Origin: Octopus vulgaris | Lineage: Eukaryota | Direction of reading: 5' to 3' | NCBI GenBank assembly: GCA_951406725.2 | Contig: OX597816.1 | Location: 38,130,001 to 38,194,000 of the forward strand | Length of the DNA stretch: 64,000 nucleotides | Shown here: in pieces, positions 29,371 through 46,313 of the stretch | Numbering within the stretch: the first letter of the stretch is position 1 | Layout of the letters: every line of letters begins with the position of its first letter | The notes under the pieces: model-generated | Seen by the model: the letters and a program-made list of their open reading frames with translations, nothing else | What the model was told of the DNA's origin: nothing | Database searches by the model: none | Program-made: the position numbers and the translations under genes

Positions 29371-29372
<2 letters not shown>
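28720..29372 (-). mobile_element. 3' fragment of an RLE-type (R4/Dong-like) LINE ending in (TAA)n
   Basis: CRAC...ETVAHVVTE (CCHC remnant); LIDPPCPFD; VMVVPITIGALGTV; VCLLGTAKIIRSVL*. Confidence 0.8.
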
Positions 29373-29449
<77 letters not shown>

Positions 29450-29544
29450 CATAAAGAAGACCGTCGTATATATATGTACATGTAGGTACGTACATATATG
29501 TTTATATATATGCATATGTTTTATTTTATTTTTTATTTTATTTA

Positions 29545-29599
<55 letters not shown>

Positions 29600-29601
<2 letters not shown>

Positions 29602-29785
29602 GACAGTCTTCTTTCCGTCTACCAAATCCACTCACAAGCTTTTTGTCGGCCCGAGGCTATAGTAGAAAAGGAGAAAAAGATATTTGTAGAAAAAGACATT
29701 TTCCGAAGGTGCCACGCAGTGGGACTGAACCCGGTACCATGTGGTTGGGAAGCTTGTTTCTTACCACACAGCCACGCGCTGCGCC
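29600..29785 (-). mobile_element. SINE family C, 5' portion
   Basis: gccacgcagtgggactgaacccgg; ttccgtctaccaaatccactcacaa. Confidence 0.8.
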
Positions 29786-29804
29786 TTTACCTGTAACTTA
29801 GATT

Positions 29805-30000
29805 TTTTTTTCTTCTTTCTACGTAAGGGTGTTGGCTCTACGCAAGCCCATTTCGACCATTTCGAGAGGTGGTCGGTATTGATCTGGTTTCTGTCCTTTG
29901 ACCTGTCCAACATGGAAGGCCCTACGAAGGGCTTGTACTCTGCGAGCATAACTCTCAGGGTCACTGAGGCAGACAAGCCACTACATCACAACAAAGACTG
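29805..30000 (-). mobile_element. Short element resembling an RTE 5' UTR, with an A-rich tail
   Basis: Minus strand: ggcttgtctgcctcagtgaccctgagagttatgct...gtagggccttccatgttggacaggtcaaa resembles recalled RTE/BovB-type 5' UTRs. Confidence 0.5.
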
Positions 30001-31020
30001 GACGTCTTATGAGACATTTTGCTCTATTTCACCTAATCAAACTACTCAATGTATTAATTCCCACCACCCTTATCTCCATTGTGCTTCAAATTAAGTATTC
30101 CTGTTCACCATTTCCTTCAAAACTTCTTGGGTTTTTTCCCCCTAGAAACGGCATCGCTTCGGAATTTGTGTTCCCGACAGTGTTTCTCTTCCAACTATTA
30201 ATCTATCAAAATGTAAATTTAACATTAACCATGTTAATCTCTCATAGTTACCCTTATTTCCCACTCTTGGAAGGCGGGAAAAAGTTATGGCTATGCATAA
30301 CTCCATTCTTTCTAGACAAATAAGAGATGAAAATGCACCTCCTCCTCCTCCTCCACCACCACCACTACCACCACCACCATCATCACCACCACCACCACTG
30401 CAGCAATCAACACCACAGCCAATCACGAACACGATCACCACCAACACCACAATCAGCACCATCAACACTACCACCATCGCCACTATCACCACCACCACCA
30501 CCACCACCACCACCACCACCACCACCACCACCACCATCACCACAGCCACCACCTTCACAGCGACGACGACGACGACAACCACCACATCCATCACTACCAC
30601 TACCATCACCACAATAACGATTACCAACACCACCACCACAATTTCTACCACTATCATCACCATTACCAACACCACCATCACTATTAGTACCAGTCCATAA
30701 TCACTACTACCATTACCATCACCATCACCATACCCTACTACCATTATCCCTAACCGTCGGTTTTGATTTGCCTCGAATGTGTTTCCACATTAAATAGAGA
30801 TATTCATTTCCGTCTAATTTGTTAGTGTTCTTATGCTTGGTTGGGTAGGAGCTGGATTGTAGAAAGCTAAAGGTTATTGGCAGGGAATTATTGAAGAATC
30901 GGAAGTTAGCAACGAAATGACAGTAAGAATGTTTGGTGGAAGATCAGCAAGAGTTAATTTTTACAATTTCTCTTTATTTGACTTGTTTCTCATTCCGCTT
31001 ATTTGTTCCTGCGTATGTGT

Positions 31021-31286
31021 CGTCTGCGCCATCGTCTGCGCCATCGTCTGCGCCATCGTCTGCGCCATCGTCTGCGCCATCGTCTGCGCCATCGTCTGCG
31101 CCATCGTCTGCGCCATCGTCTGCGCCATCGTCTGCGCCATCGTCTGCGCCATCGTCTGCGCCATCGTCTGCGCCATCGTCTGCGCCATCGTCTACGCCAT
31201 CGTCTGCTTCATCGTCTGCGCCATCGTCTGCGCCATCGTCTGCGCCATCGTCTGCGCCATCGTCTGCGCCATCGTCTGCATCATCG
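31021..31286. repeat. 12-bp minisatellite (cgtctgcgccat), ~22 copies
   Basis: Near-perfect GC-rich tandem array. Confidence 0.97.
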
Positions 31287-32139
31287 TATGTCTGGTTATT
31301 TCATTATTGCTTTTTATTCATTATTGCATACTATCTTCCTTTTCAGGTCATCAATTATTTTATTTCCCTTTTCTTTTATATATTAAAATAATTTTTTTTT
31401 AGAGCTCTTAAATAGATAGATTAGCTACTGTGCTGCTTAAATAGGCGTTTCGCTGTAATGACGGAGGGACCACAGTGATAGAAGCTATCAACTTCCTGTT
31501 AGGGTGTCACGAGTCACACATATCACAACAATGAGAAGAAACTGTCTCTTGAAACGCTGTTTTGGTTTACCGTACACCTTATTTACAGGTAAGGATTGCT
31601 AAATGGGTGACGGCTTTAGAAATGAAGGCCGGGATGGAAGGGCTGAGACAACTACAAATCAAAATACAAATAGAAGCGGAATAAATATTATAATGTCAAG
31701 GTAAGTTAGAATGTTACAGTGTCAAGGTAAGCTAGAATAATAACAAAATGGATGACATTTTCTTCAGTTTTTTTTCCTTTTTTTTTACCCCTGTCTACTC
31801 ATAGCTTTATCTACACGAATAAAACCCAAAGGTATCAGTATCCTTGTAATGACGGTAAATCATGCGAAACTGTGGCATCATGAAAGGAGAGGAGGTGAGG
31901 CAAACATAATTTGGTAGTGGTGGTGATGGTGTGGTCGTGTGAAGAAGGGGCAATAGATTAATGGTGGTGGGATGTCGGGAAATATATATGAAGTGTTGAT
32001 TGGGATGTTGTTGGTGGTCGTGGAGAATACGGTTAGGTTAGTGGCGGTGGAGTGGTGATGGTAGTGGTGATGTTGGTGGTGATGGCGGTTGTGATAATGG
32101 TCGCAGCAGTGGTAGTGGTAGCTGTGTACGTGTGTATAA

Positions 32140-34845
<2,706 letters not shown>

Positions 34846-35719
34846 ACACAAACACTCAACAACAACGATAGTAACATGAATAGGTTAGCATTGGGCTCTT
34901 AGATCCGTGGGATCCGCTGGGAAGTCGCCCAGTGTTCTCGTGGCTTAAAACGGTCCTGAATGTATATTTGTGCATCAGTATGTGTGTGTGTACGTACGTT
35001 TGTACATCTATTTGTGCATGTGTGTGTACGTGTGTTTGTGTGCGTGTGTGTGCGTATATGTGTATGTCTGCGTGTGTTTTATCGTTGCTTCAGTTTATTA
35101 CATTGCTCTAGTCAACAAATACCAAACGATTTAGATAGACTGTGTTACTTTATGACACTATTGTATTAAAATGATTATCCAGGGCAGATTGACATTTACA
35201 ACTATAGAATGCACACACATACAAACATATAGACACACAGGCTGAAATACACATATACTGATACACATCCATATAAACACAAACTTTTCACACGCTTACA
35301 CTGAAAGACTAGCATATATACATACTCGTACGGTAGCGATGAACAGATAGAAATAGGGTTTGTTGAAAGTAACTAAGTGAAAACAACTCTTTATTAAGCG
35401 GAAATAAAGACCCTAGAGAGGACTTCACTACCATCTTGGGAGAGACACCCATACTATATTTCGACCATAAAGAAAAAGGACCTGCTATCATTTTGTGACG
35501 GATCTTATACTACCATTTAACCGTATTGGTGTCAGATTGTGCTGAAGATTTTCAAGTGTATAGAAAGGTTGCTGCATTTTTCAAATTGTTCATTAATTAG
35601 GAATATTCAATTTGTTTAGTAAATCCTATATTCAAGACTGAATATTCTTGTGCGTTGATTGTTTAGTACAGTGGTTCACCTTTAGGAGTCCGTATAAGAT
35701 TTTCTAGTTAAATTTATGC

Positions 35720-36262
35720 ATGCCTTTCCTCCCTTGGACACACGAAAACCTGTTGAGGCAAGCGAAGTCGAAATCGAACCTCATCCGATGACAGGCACCC
35801 ATGCCAACCTCCCTTCATTGGACATTAAACTCTGCTTGCGAAGACCTGTTGGGGCAAGTGAAATCGAAATTGAACCAAACCTATGACTGGCACCCGGCAG
35901 TTGCCAGGACCGCTGGACTGACTCCTGTGCAGGTGGCAAGTGAAGAAATACCATTTCGACTCTGTGCTTGAGGAGATCCATTGAGTCAAGTACACCAACA
36001 TCAAAATCAATGGAAACTGCAGTTGTGATCCCTGTGTCGGTGGCACGTAAAAAGCACCATCTGAACGTGGCCGATGCCAGCGCCGCCTAGACTGGCTTCC
36101 GTGCCGGTGACACGTAAAAAGCACCATCCGAATCGTGGCCGATGCCAGCGCCGCCTTGACTGGCTTCCGGGTTCAGTTCCAAGTGTCTTCTACTATAGCC
36201 TCTGGCCGACCAAAGCCTTGTGAGTGGATTTGGTAGACGGAAACTGAAAGAAGCCCGTCGAA

Positions 36263-36336
<74 letters not shown>

Positions 36337-36540
36337 TATGTTTGTCACCCCAACATCGCTTGACAACCGATGCTGGTGTGTTTACGTTCCCGTAACTTAG
36401 CGGTTCGGCAAAAGTGTCCGATAGAATAAGTACTAGGCGTAGAAAGAATAAGTCTTGGGGTCGATTTGCTCGACTAAAGGCGGTGCTCCAGCATGGCCGC
36501 AGTCAAATGACTGACACAAGAAAAAAAGAGTGAAAGAGTA
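35720..36540 (+). mobile_element. Composite repeat: segment with ~70-bp internal tandem (ggcacgtaaaaagcaccatc...) joined to a family C SINE body and tail
   Basis: Duplicated cgtggccgatgccagcgccgcc...gactggcttcc at ~36040-36170; SINE C sequence from ~36165. Confidence 0.7.
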
Positions 36541-36984
36541 TTTCTAAATAATATTTGATTATAAAAATACAGTTGGATTTTTATTCATGTACGTTGAATG
36601 GCTATGGAGATCGAGGAGGGTAAAATAGCAATGAAAGGGGTCCATGGGTAGAAAATGGTTGAGAACCACTGGTTTAGTAGAGAGTAGTCATAATGGAGCA
36701 GCAAATGATTTGTCTAATCAGTTGGTGTTATGTACATAGTATATGTTGAGGTGATTAGTGCATGGGGTTGGTTGGAACTAACCTCTCATCTTCAAACACA
36801 TCTGTCTATCACATGTACAACAGTACATGTAGTGGCATTGATACATGTAGCGGGACTGACACTAGTACTTGTTGCTTTGCTTAAACGCAAAAGGAGGTCA
36901 AAAGTTTGGAATTTGAATATACAATAGGATTTTGTCATAAGATGACCCTGTCTTGGGTTAGAAATGAAAATGCAGGAAAAGATA

Positions 36985-37380
36985 TCTATATATATAAAAG
37001 TGAAGTTGTGTGAGTGTCTGTCTCCTACGATTTAGATTCCTAACTACTCCCACATTTTGCGGTGCAGTTTAACCAAATTCGGGTATCTTATAGTCGCGAT
37101 TCATATCGAGCCCGTCTGGGTATTAGCGCGCGTCTACGATGAGTCTACGATTTTAAAAATAATTTAACATCATTTTTTTCCATTTTGACGCATATTTTTT
37201 TAATAAAGGGAAGTAACTCTCTAAAAATGTCTACGATGAGTCAACGATTTAAAAAAAAATTTACCATAATTTTTTTTCGATTTTTAATGCATTTTTTGCT
37301 ATTTTTTGGCTATAACTCTCTAAAAATGCTATATAGTTATTTCCCTTACAAACCCGAGCAACGCCGGACGATACTGCTAG
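36985..37380 (+). mobile_element. Non-autonomous Helitron
   Basis: 5' TC (tctatatatataaaag); 3' cccgagcaacgccggacg hairpin then CTAG; inserted between A and T with no TSD. Confidence 0.8.
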
Positions 37381-38497
37381 TGTTGTATAATTTTCTGTAC
37401 AAAGAAGAGAACGTTCTAAGGTTTCCTCGCGTCATGCAACCAGCTTCAGTGGTTATACGTCTGGTTGTCTTTTCCAATTATTATGAAAATCTTCTTGAGA
37501 GATTCACGCTAGGTAAGAGCTGGAATCTAGAGGAAAGTAGATGTTGGACGGTGTGGAATTCAGGGAAAACAAAATAATCTCCGAAACGGACCAAAAAAGT
37601 TAGGGTCGTGGAATCAGAAAAACAAGGATAGCCTCTATTTGCAATGTATTCGGGGCTACGAAGAACACTACACCTTTTATGTATGTGGTACCTCGAGTTC
37701 ATTTTAAGGATACCTTTCTTCATGGTCCACCTCCCAGGTTTTATTAGTGTGGCATGCCCTTGAACTCCACGCGGCTGTTTTTAAGCCTGACCATATCACC
37801 GCTATATATTTTAGGCTACTGATCCGTTCACCAGAGATTGGTATACTGCCCTTGCACAGTTCTAGAGCCCTTCTTATCCCCATTTCCCTACCCTTCTCAA
37901 AATCCGGCTTGTTCTTTGAAAATCTCATTTTGTGAGTGATTCAACTAGTTGAGAAATAATGAGGAGAAGCACTATGCTGGTATAGCAGATAAAGGCAACT
38001 ATTCACTCTCGAGCATCATGTGTTTGGAATAGTGATTAACACAGAATGCATCTCGTCAATCGGCCATGTTTTTTTTTGCCCTATTAGATAATAAAGACGA
38101 TGGACGGGATCACATCCTTACCTTCGGCCTGTAGCATTTCGTTTGATATGTCAACTGGGCTACGTGCATTTCTGGACGCATTTCTGAAACAGTTGTAAAC
38201 TTATAATAACTGAATAAATAAATGTATATAACCCTTATTTCTGTCTGTCTTATTTATCATTCTGTAAAAACATACCATCTTAACTTGGTATCGGAACCGT
38301 GAATTTTAAAATTTGACTAGGCATGGACTTTGATTTCGGACTACCTGTAGTACAATACCGGTCACAAGTGTCTTTTTTGTGAGCCAGGTGTATTTTTATC
38401 TACAGGGAGCTTAAGAAATATTTCGCCTGGATTACTAATCCCTTATTAATCCCTCTTTGTAATATATATATATATATATATACATATATACATATAT

Positions 38498-38534
<37 letters not shown>

Positions 38535-38725
38535 TGTATGTATGTATGTATGTATGTATGTATGTATGTATGTATGTATGTATGTACTTGTTTTAAGCCT
38601 GGTGTTTATTCAATTGGAATCAAATTGCTAAGCCGTTAAGTTACGAAGACATCAACAAACCAATATCATTTATCAAGCTGTGAAATGCAAAACACAAATC
38701 TACACACAAACACGCGCGCGCGCAC

Positions 38726-38803
<78 letters not shown>

Positions 38804-39112
38804 ATATATATATATATCTTTCTATCTATCTATCTATCTGTCTGTCTGTCTGTCTGTCCGTCTGTCTGTCTGTCCGTCCGTCTGTCTATCTGTATGTATG
38901 TGTATGTGTATACGTATATGTATATACTTCCCGCACTGTATTTATTAAGTTAAATCCCTAGTAAAACAATGATTAGCTCGGGACTACAGAGAAGACACTT
39001 GCCATGCAGTTGGACTGAACCCGATACCACGTTGTTGCGAGGCGAACTCCTTGACCACACAATCGCATAGATTTTATTTGCTAATACATCTCACGAGTTG
39101 CTAGCCAATTAC

Positions 39113-39418
39113 AGTTGTTTGCTCCTTCTCGAGCCATGCCTGGCTCATAAGAGCCGGTTTCCCGGTTTCCTTGGCGTATAGGTTCCCCACCTGGATGGGA
39201 CGCCGGTCTGTCGCTGGTGAGCTGCTAGATGCAGGAGGAAAGAGTGAGAGAAAGTTGTGGCGAAAGAGTCAGCAGAAGTTCGCCATTACCTTCTGCCGGA
39301 GCCTCGTGGAGCTTAGGTGTTTCGCTCATAAACACACACTTTACCCAGTCTGCGATTCGAACCCACGATCCCTCGACCCGCGAGTCCGCTGCTCTAACCA
39401 CTAGGCCATGTGCCTCCG
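39113..39418 (-). mobile_element. SINE family A head with a third tail type
   Basis: Family A-like head; tail cgtcccatccaggtggggaacctatacgccaaggaaaccgggaaaccggctcttatgagcc. Confidence 0.8.
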
Positions 39419-40921
39419 CAGCCAATTACAGATGTGTCGTTTATCTCCATTTCTTTCTTTCTTTCTTGTTTTGCTTCTTTTCGTTATTCTTGTTATTCAA
39501 GTTGTCAACTATTAATAGATGTTTCAGCGTTCTCGTTAGTGGGAAGCAAGGATCTGAACGCACAGATGCCATCAATTCTGCTACTTCATTAGTGCCCAAG
39601 ATCGGTAATTTGTTTATCGAACCCGTGAAAGAGTGAAAGACAAAGATGGACTTAGTAGAACTTGAACGCAAAGTACAAAGGGTCGGAACACATAACGTTT
39701 TCTAATTCAGGCACAAGGCCAGCAATTTTGAGAGTTGAGGAGAGTTAGGCGATACCATTGACCTTCTTATTTGACTAGTACTTTATTTTATTTACCATGA
39801 AGAGATGAAAGGCAAAGTTGACCTCTGTGGAATTTGAACAAGAAACGTAAAGAGCCGGAACAAATATCGCAAAGCATTTTGCCGACGACTGCAACTATTC
39901 TGCAAACGTAAAACATTAACGATTCGGACAATTCGCCGCCTCCATATATTCTAGGTTAGAGTTATTCACCCCTACAAATTTTTCACGTTTTACTGATTTT
40001 CCCAGTGGACAAAGTTGGTTCTGGCAGTACTTGTACATGGAACGTAACTTTATGTAACAAAATACTTGAAGACATCTTAGACAAATAATTTATTATCACA
40101 ACAGCTTACCTTTAAAAATAATCGGACAAAAAATGAGAGTATTCTCGAAGTAGCTGCTAAATCGGTATGGCCTCGGGTGAAATGCTTTAGGTATATGGTG
40201 ACGTCCGTTTGTCTAATAAGTTCATATTCAAGTCTTTGACTTTTATCATTGCGAAATCGATAAAATCAATATCTATCGGTAAAATAAGTACTGCGAGGTC
40301 GATGTGATCGACCATACTCTAAAAAGTGCTGTCTCAGAATGGCCACAGTCCAGTGATTGAAATCAAAGGAATTACTTTCAGAAAAACTGCCATTTTTTTT
40401 TTCTTTTTTTCCTGTTACACTTTTTTCGCTCTTTTTGCTCCTCCCTCATTCATAACGACGCCCATATACAAAATGATTCACATAATGTATCCTCCTAAAC
40501 ACACATCTTCACCAAGACATTATTGCAGCAGAGACACTGAAAAATCAGCCATGTTTCTTCCACCCAAATTCAATATAGTTATTCCACCCACTTATAATTT
40601 GACTGACACATTGTGATTAAAACAATACCTTCCCTCATCCATATCAAGTGTTACTCATATATTTTGCTCGACCTTCTAGCCATCATAGTTTCACATTTTG
40701 CCACGCCTCTATACAACTATAATCGACAAGTTCTTATTATCCGGTTCAAAAAATGCTAGCTAAAAGGGTCTCTACACAGTCATCCGATTAACTAGAAATA
40801 ACATAAATGTCCCTCAAAACATACACATATTACCATCGTTAAAAATAACATAGTGGATAATGAAGTAGGCAAGAAAACACACACACACACACATACACAC
40901 ACACACACACATACACACACA

Positions 40922-40984
<63 letters not shown>

Positions 40985-41036
40985 TTCTCTCTAGTTTCAG
41001 CTCAGAGCTGTGGCCATGCTGATGCACCGCCGTTGA

Positions 41037-41097
<61 letters not shown>

Positions 41098-41646
41098 ATT
41101 TCGGGATGATCACGTTTGGAATGCTTTTAATTATAGGTCTGCTGCTTAAGGCGGCGAGCTGTCAGAATCGTTAGCACGCCGGGCAAAATGCTTAGCGACA
41201 TTTCGTCCGTATTTAACATTGTGAGTTCAAACTCCGTCGAGGACGACTTTACCTTTCATCCTTTCCATACATTTGAAACCAGTCATGGCTCTGCCGGATC
41301 AGGGTGACAAGGAAGCTACCAACAACGACAGCAGCAGCAACAGCAATGAATCTATTCGTGTATTTCCACGCCAGCTTGAGACGAAGATCTCTTGGGGCTA
41401 TAAAGCTACAGTAACACCCCCTCCCCAATGTGGTTAGCCATGATAAGATGGTTTCTATACTTTACATTATAGTTATACTACTCACGGTGTTTGCTTGTTT
41501 TAGTCATTGGACGATGGCCAAGCTGAGGCACTGCTTTATTTTTTAAATCTGTACACTACAGCACTTTTTCTTTTAATTGTTGCCGTTGTTGTTAATGTTG
41601 TTAATGCAGCCATTGTCATCATTGTTGTCGATATTGTTGTTGTCAT

Positions 41647-41933
41647 AGCGAAAACACCTAAAGCTCCACGAGGTTCCGGCAGGGTGTAGTGGCGAACCTT
41701 GCTGCATTCTTTCACCATATCTTTCTCTCACTCTTTCTTCCTGTTTCTTTTGTACCTGTAATTCAAAGGGCCAGCCTTGTCACACTCTGTGTCAGGCTGA
41801 ATCTCCCCCGAGAACTACGTTAAAGGTACACGTGTCTGTGGAGTGCTCAGCCACTTACACGTTAATTTCACGAATTGGCTGTTTCGTTGATCGGATCAAC
41901 TGGAACCATAGTCGTCGCAACCGACGGAGTGCC
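41647..41933 (+). mobile_element. SINE family A (tail type 2), 5'-truncated
   Basis: Homologous to 18326-18695. Confidence 0.85.
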
Positions 41934-43159
41934 ACGTCTGTCTCCAAAACTCCAAAGTTGAGTAACGTTTTCAAGCTTGGATTTGTAAACTACGATAAGA
42001 ATAACACTGGTAAACAAAGAATTTGTCCCAAGAAAAAGAATACCTGTATCTTATGTTTTTGCATGCAGAATTCAAAACTAATGTCAAATTATCTGTATCA
42101 CCCACAGTTTCTCTGTTCCACGATATCCCTCTCAGTTCCCCTTACGTGGGCTAAATTTCAGTTAAGCTGTTGAAATGTGAAGCTAACGGTTTAAGAAATA
42201 CGCCTAATTAAAATTTTTATGAATAGAATTAACCTAGTGACGTCATAAATCCAGCTATCAGAGTCAATGAGTCCCAAAAATATATGAAAAGAAAAATATG
42301 TAAAAGTACTAACACACAAAAAAAGCATAGAAATACTAACACACAGAAGTACAGAAAAATAAGTAATATACTAACACACAAAAAAATTAAAACACGTTGG
42401 TAAAACCAACATAGACAACAGCGGCACAGATAACAGTGAACCACAACACAGCGTACGGTTGTCATGGTAACAAGCTGCTAATGGAACGCTGTCTGTTGAT
42501 TGGCTCAAATTACCCAAATTTCCCAACTTTAATTCCAAATAACATTAGATTCTTTAATTTACGACATAAGGTAATTGGTTGATTGTAATCAAGTTCAAAT
42601 TCCACCGAGGTCGACTTTGCCTTCCATCCCTTCGAGGTCGATAAACTAAGTACCAGTTGCGTACTGGGGTCGATAAACTAAGTACCAGTTTCGTACAGGC
42701 TCCCTCCCCCAAAATTTCGGGCCTTGTGCTTAGTGTAGAAAAGATTATTCTACACCACTTAGATTTATTATGCTTTCTATAGACAAAATGGACGAAGATT
42801 TCATTTTTCGTAATTTTCTTTTCGCTTTTCTCGTTCCACTTTTTGGCTTAATTTTCTTCGAGTGTTTTGTTCTCGTTCTTTTTTTTTCTTTTCTTTTTTT
42901 TTTTTCGTGTTTTCTCATTGACTAACGATTTAACTTTTAAATACGTCTAACAATATGCACCGTGCCTGAAAGACTGCTTGGATATATATAACATGTTCTA
43001 TAAATCTGAGAATTTATTGTATCGCTAAATCATGAAGCTATTAGGAGTCCTTTTGTAAATTGTGTTACGGGGACATAAACAAACAAGCACCGATATTCAA
43101 GCGGTGGAGGGACAGACATAAAAACAACGACACGCACACACAACACACACATTTACATA

Positions 43160-43370
43160 CGAGGTGGTACTGAAAAGTTCCTGGCTTTAAAGGTGTCGCG
43201 ATAAGCCTGGTTGGAGACCCAACCTCCCGAGTTCTTTTACTGGTCTTAGAAAAACTGAAGGACCACTGCAATAAGTGTGTGAATTTGAGAGAGGAATATG
43301 TTGAATAAAATCGTAATTAACTGATCCCTCTGTATTTTCTTTTCAGCCAAGAACTTTCCGGCACCCCTTG
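43160..43370 (+). mobile_element. Mariner-derived MITE, ~210 bp
   Basis: TIRs cgaggtggtactgaaaagttcctggct / agccaagaactttccggcaccccttg; TA flanks; retains the transposase C-terminal tail (...EYVE*). Confidence 0.85.
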
Positions 43371-43504
43371 TATACATACATACATACATACATACATACA
43401 TACATACATACATACATACATACATACATACATACATGCATGCATGCATACATACATGCATGCATGCATACATACATACATACATACATACAAGCATGCA
43501 TCCA

Positions 43505-43557
<53 letters not shown>

Positions 43558-43609
43558 CATGTATAAATACACACACACACAATCACACACACAAACATAT
43601 ATGCATGTT

Positions 43610-43987
43610 GCTTGTTTTAGTCAATAGACAACGGCCATGCTGGAGTAATGCCTTGAAGAAATTTTAGTCGACTAAATCAACCTCGTTACCTTGTTTTTCT
43701 TTGAAGCCTGATACATAAACTGTCGGTTTTATTCGTCGAACAGCTAATTTACGGGGCCGTAAACAAACCAACACCGGTTGTCAAGCGGTGGGCGTGGGGA
43801 CAAACACAGAGACACTGACACACACACACATTGATATACAGAGAGTTTCTTTCACTTTCCGCCTACCAAATCCGCTCACAGGTCTTTGGTCGGTCATCCC
43901 GGGGTTATAGTAGAAGACACTTGCCCAATGTGCCGCACGGTGAGACTGGACCCGGAAGCACGTGGTTGGGAAACGAACTACTTACCA
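43610..43987 (-). mobile_element. SINE family C, diverged
   Basis: cggccatgctggag...tagtagaagacacttgccca. Confidence 0.75.
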
Positions 43988-44473
43988 CTCACATACACAC
44001 ACACACTCACACACACACGCGCGCATACAAACACATTCATACAGACATACACATGCTCACACACATGCACACACATACACACACACATGTACACACATAC
44101 ACACAAACAAGCGCGCGCGCGCGTCAGGCTAATAAATATGTCAATCCAATCAATACATACAAACTACAGAAATAAGATGTTTATCAATCACTGCTGCTAC
44201 AACAACAACAACAACAGCAGCAGCAGCAGCAGCAGCGGCAGCAGCAACGCTAATCTTTGTGACTGACAGACGTTGTTCCGCCTCTTTCGACCTCCACTAA
44301 CAGTGAGATGGGAAATGGAGGCAACACGACCCATTATAAGAATCGGACATTTGCCATGGGTCATTTCCTTGGGGACCATTTAGATGGAATCTCAACACCC
44401 GGATACGAATTATAACAGAGACACACACCCAGCAATTATTTTTCATTCTTGTATATTTTTTATCGGAGGGAAA

Positions 44474-44857
44474 GGAAGCACTCCGTCGGTTACGACGACG
44501 AGGGTTCCGGTTGATCCGAATCAACGGAACAGCCTGCTCGTGAAATTAGCGTAAAAGTGGCTGAGCACTCCACAGACACGTGAACCTTTAACGTAGTTCT
44601 CGGGGATATTCAGCGTGACACAGAGAGTGACAAGGCCGGCCCTTTGAAATACAGGTACAACAGAAACAGGAAGTAAGAATGAGAGAAAGTTGTGGTGAAA
44701 GAGTACAGCAGAGATCACCACCATCGCCTGCCGGAGCCTCGTGGAGCTTTAGGTGTTTTCGCTCAATAAACACTCACAACGCCCGGTCTGGGAATCGAAA
44801 CCGCGATCCTACGACCGCGAGTCCGCTGCCCTAACCACTGGGCCATTGCGCCTCCAC
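44474..44857 (-). mobile_element. SINE family A (tail type 2), full length
   Basis: Intact head tggaggcgcaatggcccagtggttagggcagcggactcgcggtcgtaggatcgcggtttcgattccc. Confidence 0.9.
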
Positions 44858-44888
44858 ATTTTTTATCATTAGTTATATTTATTATATA

Positions 44889-45925
44889 CTAGCAGAGATA
44901 CCCGGCGTTGCCCGGTTACATTCAATTGAAGAATTAGACTTTTCTGTTATATTTTCTAAATGAACTGGAATATCTATGTTTCGAATTTCATCAAAATTGC
45001 AGATGAGAGTTATTTCCCTCTTTACACACCCTAAAAAAATTGTAATCGTGCCACATGGAAACCAAAAGACGAATGATCACAATAAGCAGTCAGTTATCCT
45101 ACCCTAGTCGTTACCACTCCCAATGTAGGATTCCTCACCATCCAGGTGACAGGCACTGTCGTAAGATGCATTACGAATCTATAGCAATTGGAAGGGCGTG
45201 ACCCAACTGAAATCAACATTACCAACTGTGTGACGTGAGGGCTTAGGAGAAATTAAAGTGTCATCTCTGGAGTTTGCAAATGACCACTATAATGATACGT
45301 AACTGGACAGAATGAATTTAAAATCTATAAATGTCTTTGAATAACCAGTCACTCATCTGGGAAGGCCTTGTAATCAATGTTACCATCTGGGGACTATGTG
45401 TGACCGAGTGATAATAAAAAGACTGAAAGGAGGTCTGCAATCAAATAACTTTACTCAACACTTTGCAACTGAATCAGTGGAGACAAAGATGCTTCTCATT
45501 TACTTAACAATTTATGCACCACGTTGCAGAAATCACAATGTAAGTGTATGTCAAAGCAAAATGTCACACTGTTATACCATTGCATTAGAAATAATGCCCA
45601 ACTTTTATGCTCGGGTAACCCTACAGCTTCCAAGAGCACAACTGTATTCGTTTTTACTTAGATAAAATGACAAAATTGTGGGTGTTAAGTCCCCATGGAG
45701 GGGTCTTTCTAACTTTGTAAGATGGAATTTTATAAATTCATTTGTGTCTAATATCTATGGTTAAAATTTCATCAACAGCAAAAATATATTAATTGTCATG
45801 GGGGTTATGGCCCTTATGCTTAGAATATAATTTCCAAATTTCATAAAGATCCATTCAGTACTTTTGACCTAGTTTTGGATCATAAAAGAAATTACTAAAA
45901 TTTGGGAGTTAAGGCACCCATTAGG

Positions 45926-46014
<89 letters not shown>

Positions 46015-46020
46015 TAGATA
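44889..46020 (-). mobile_element. Non-autonomous Helitron (3' end clear, 5' end approximate)
   Basis: Minus strand ends ccgggcaacgccgggtatctctgCTAG|t, the same terminus type as 37380. Confidence 0.6.
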
Positions 46021-46313
46021 TAGATATAGATATAGATATACACACACAAAGATAAATTGATAGATACAACTGAGTGGGCAAACAAAAATATGAGACACAG
46101 CCTAGTGTTTTTTTATGTTGATAAGCCTAGTACTTATTCTATTAGTTTGTTCTTGTGAAACCAGTAAGTTTTGTGGATGTAAATAAATGAACAGCAATTG
46201 TGAAGCAGTGGTGAGGGCGAAACACAGACACAAATATACACACATACATTTACATATATACATATATATACGATTGATTTGTTTCAGTTCCTGTCTACGA
46301 AATCCATATATAT

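Noticed and set aside
31021-31286. CRISPR-like array
   Set aside because: Contiguous 12-bp units without spacers; eukaryotic context and no cas genes
44230-44460. Unique-looking sequence next to a (CAG)n tract as a possible host exon
   Set aside because: No recognisable protein motif or convincing splice-site pair
44780-44857. tRNA genes at SINE heads
   Set aside because: They have A/B-box-like motifs but continue into SINE bodies and lack a proper acceptor stem and terminator
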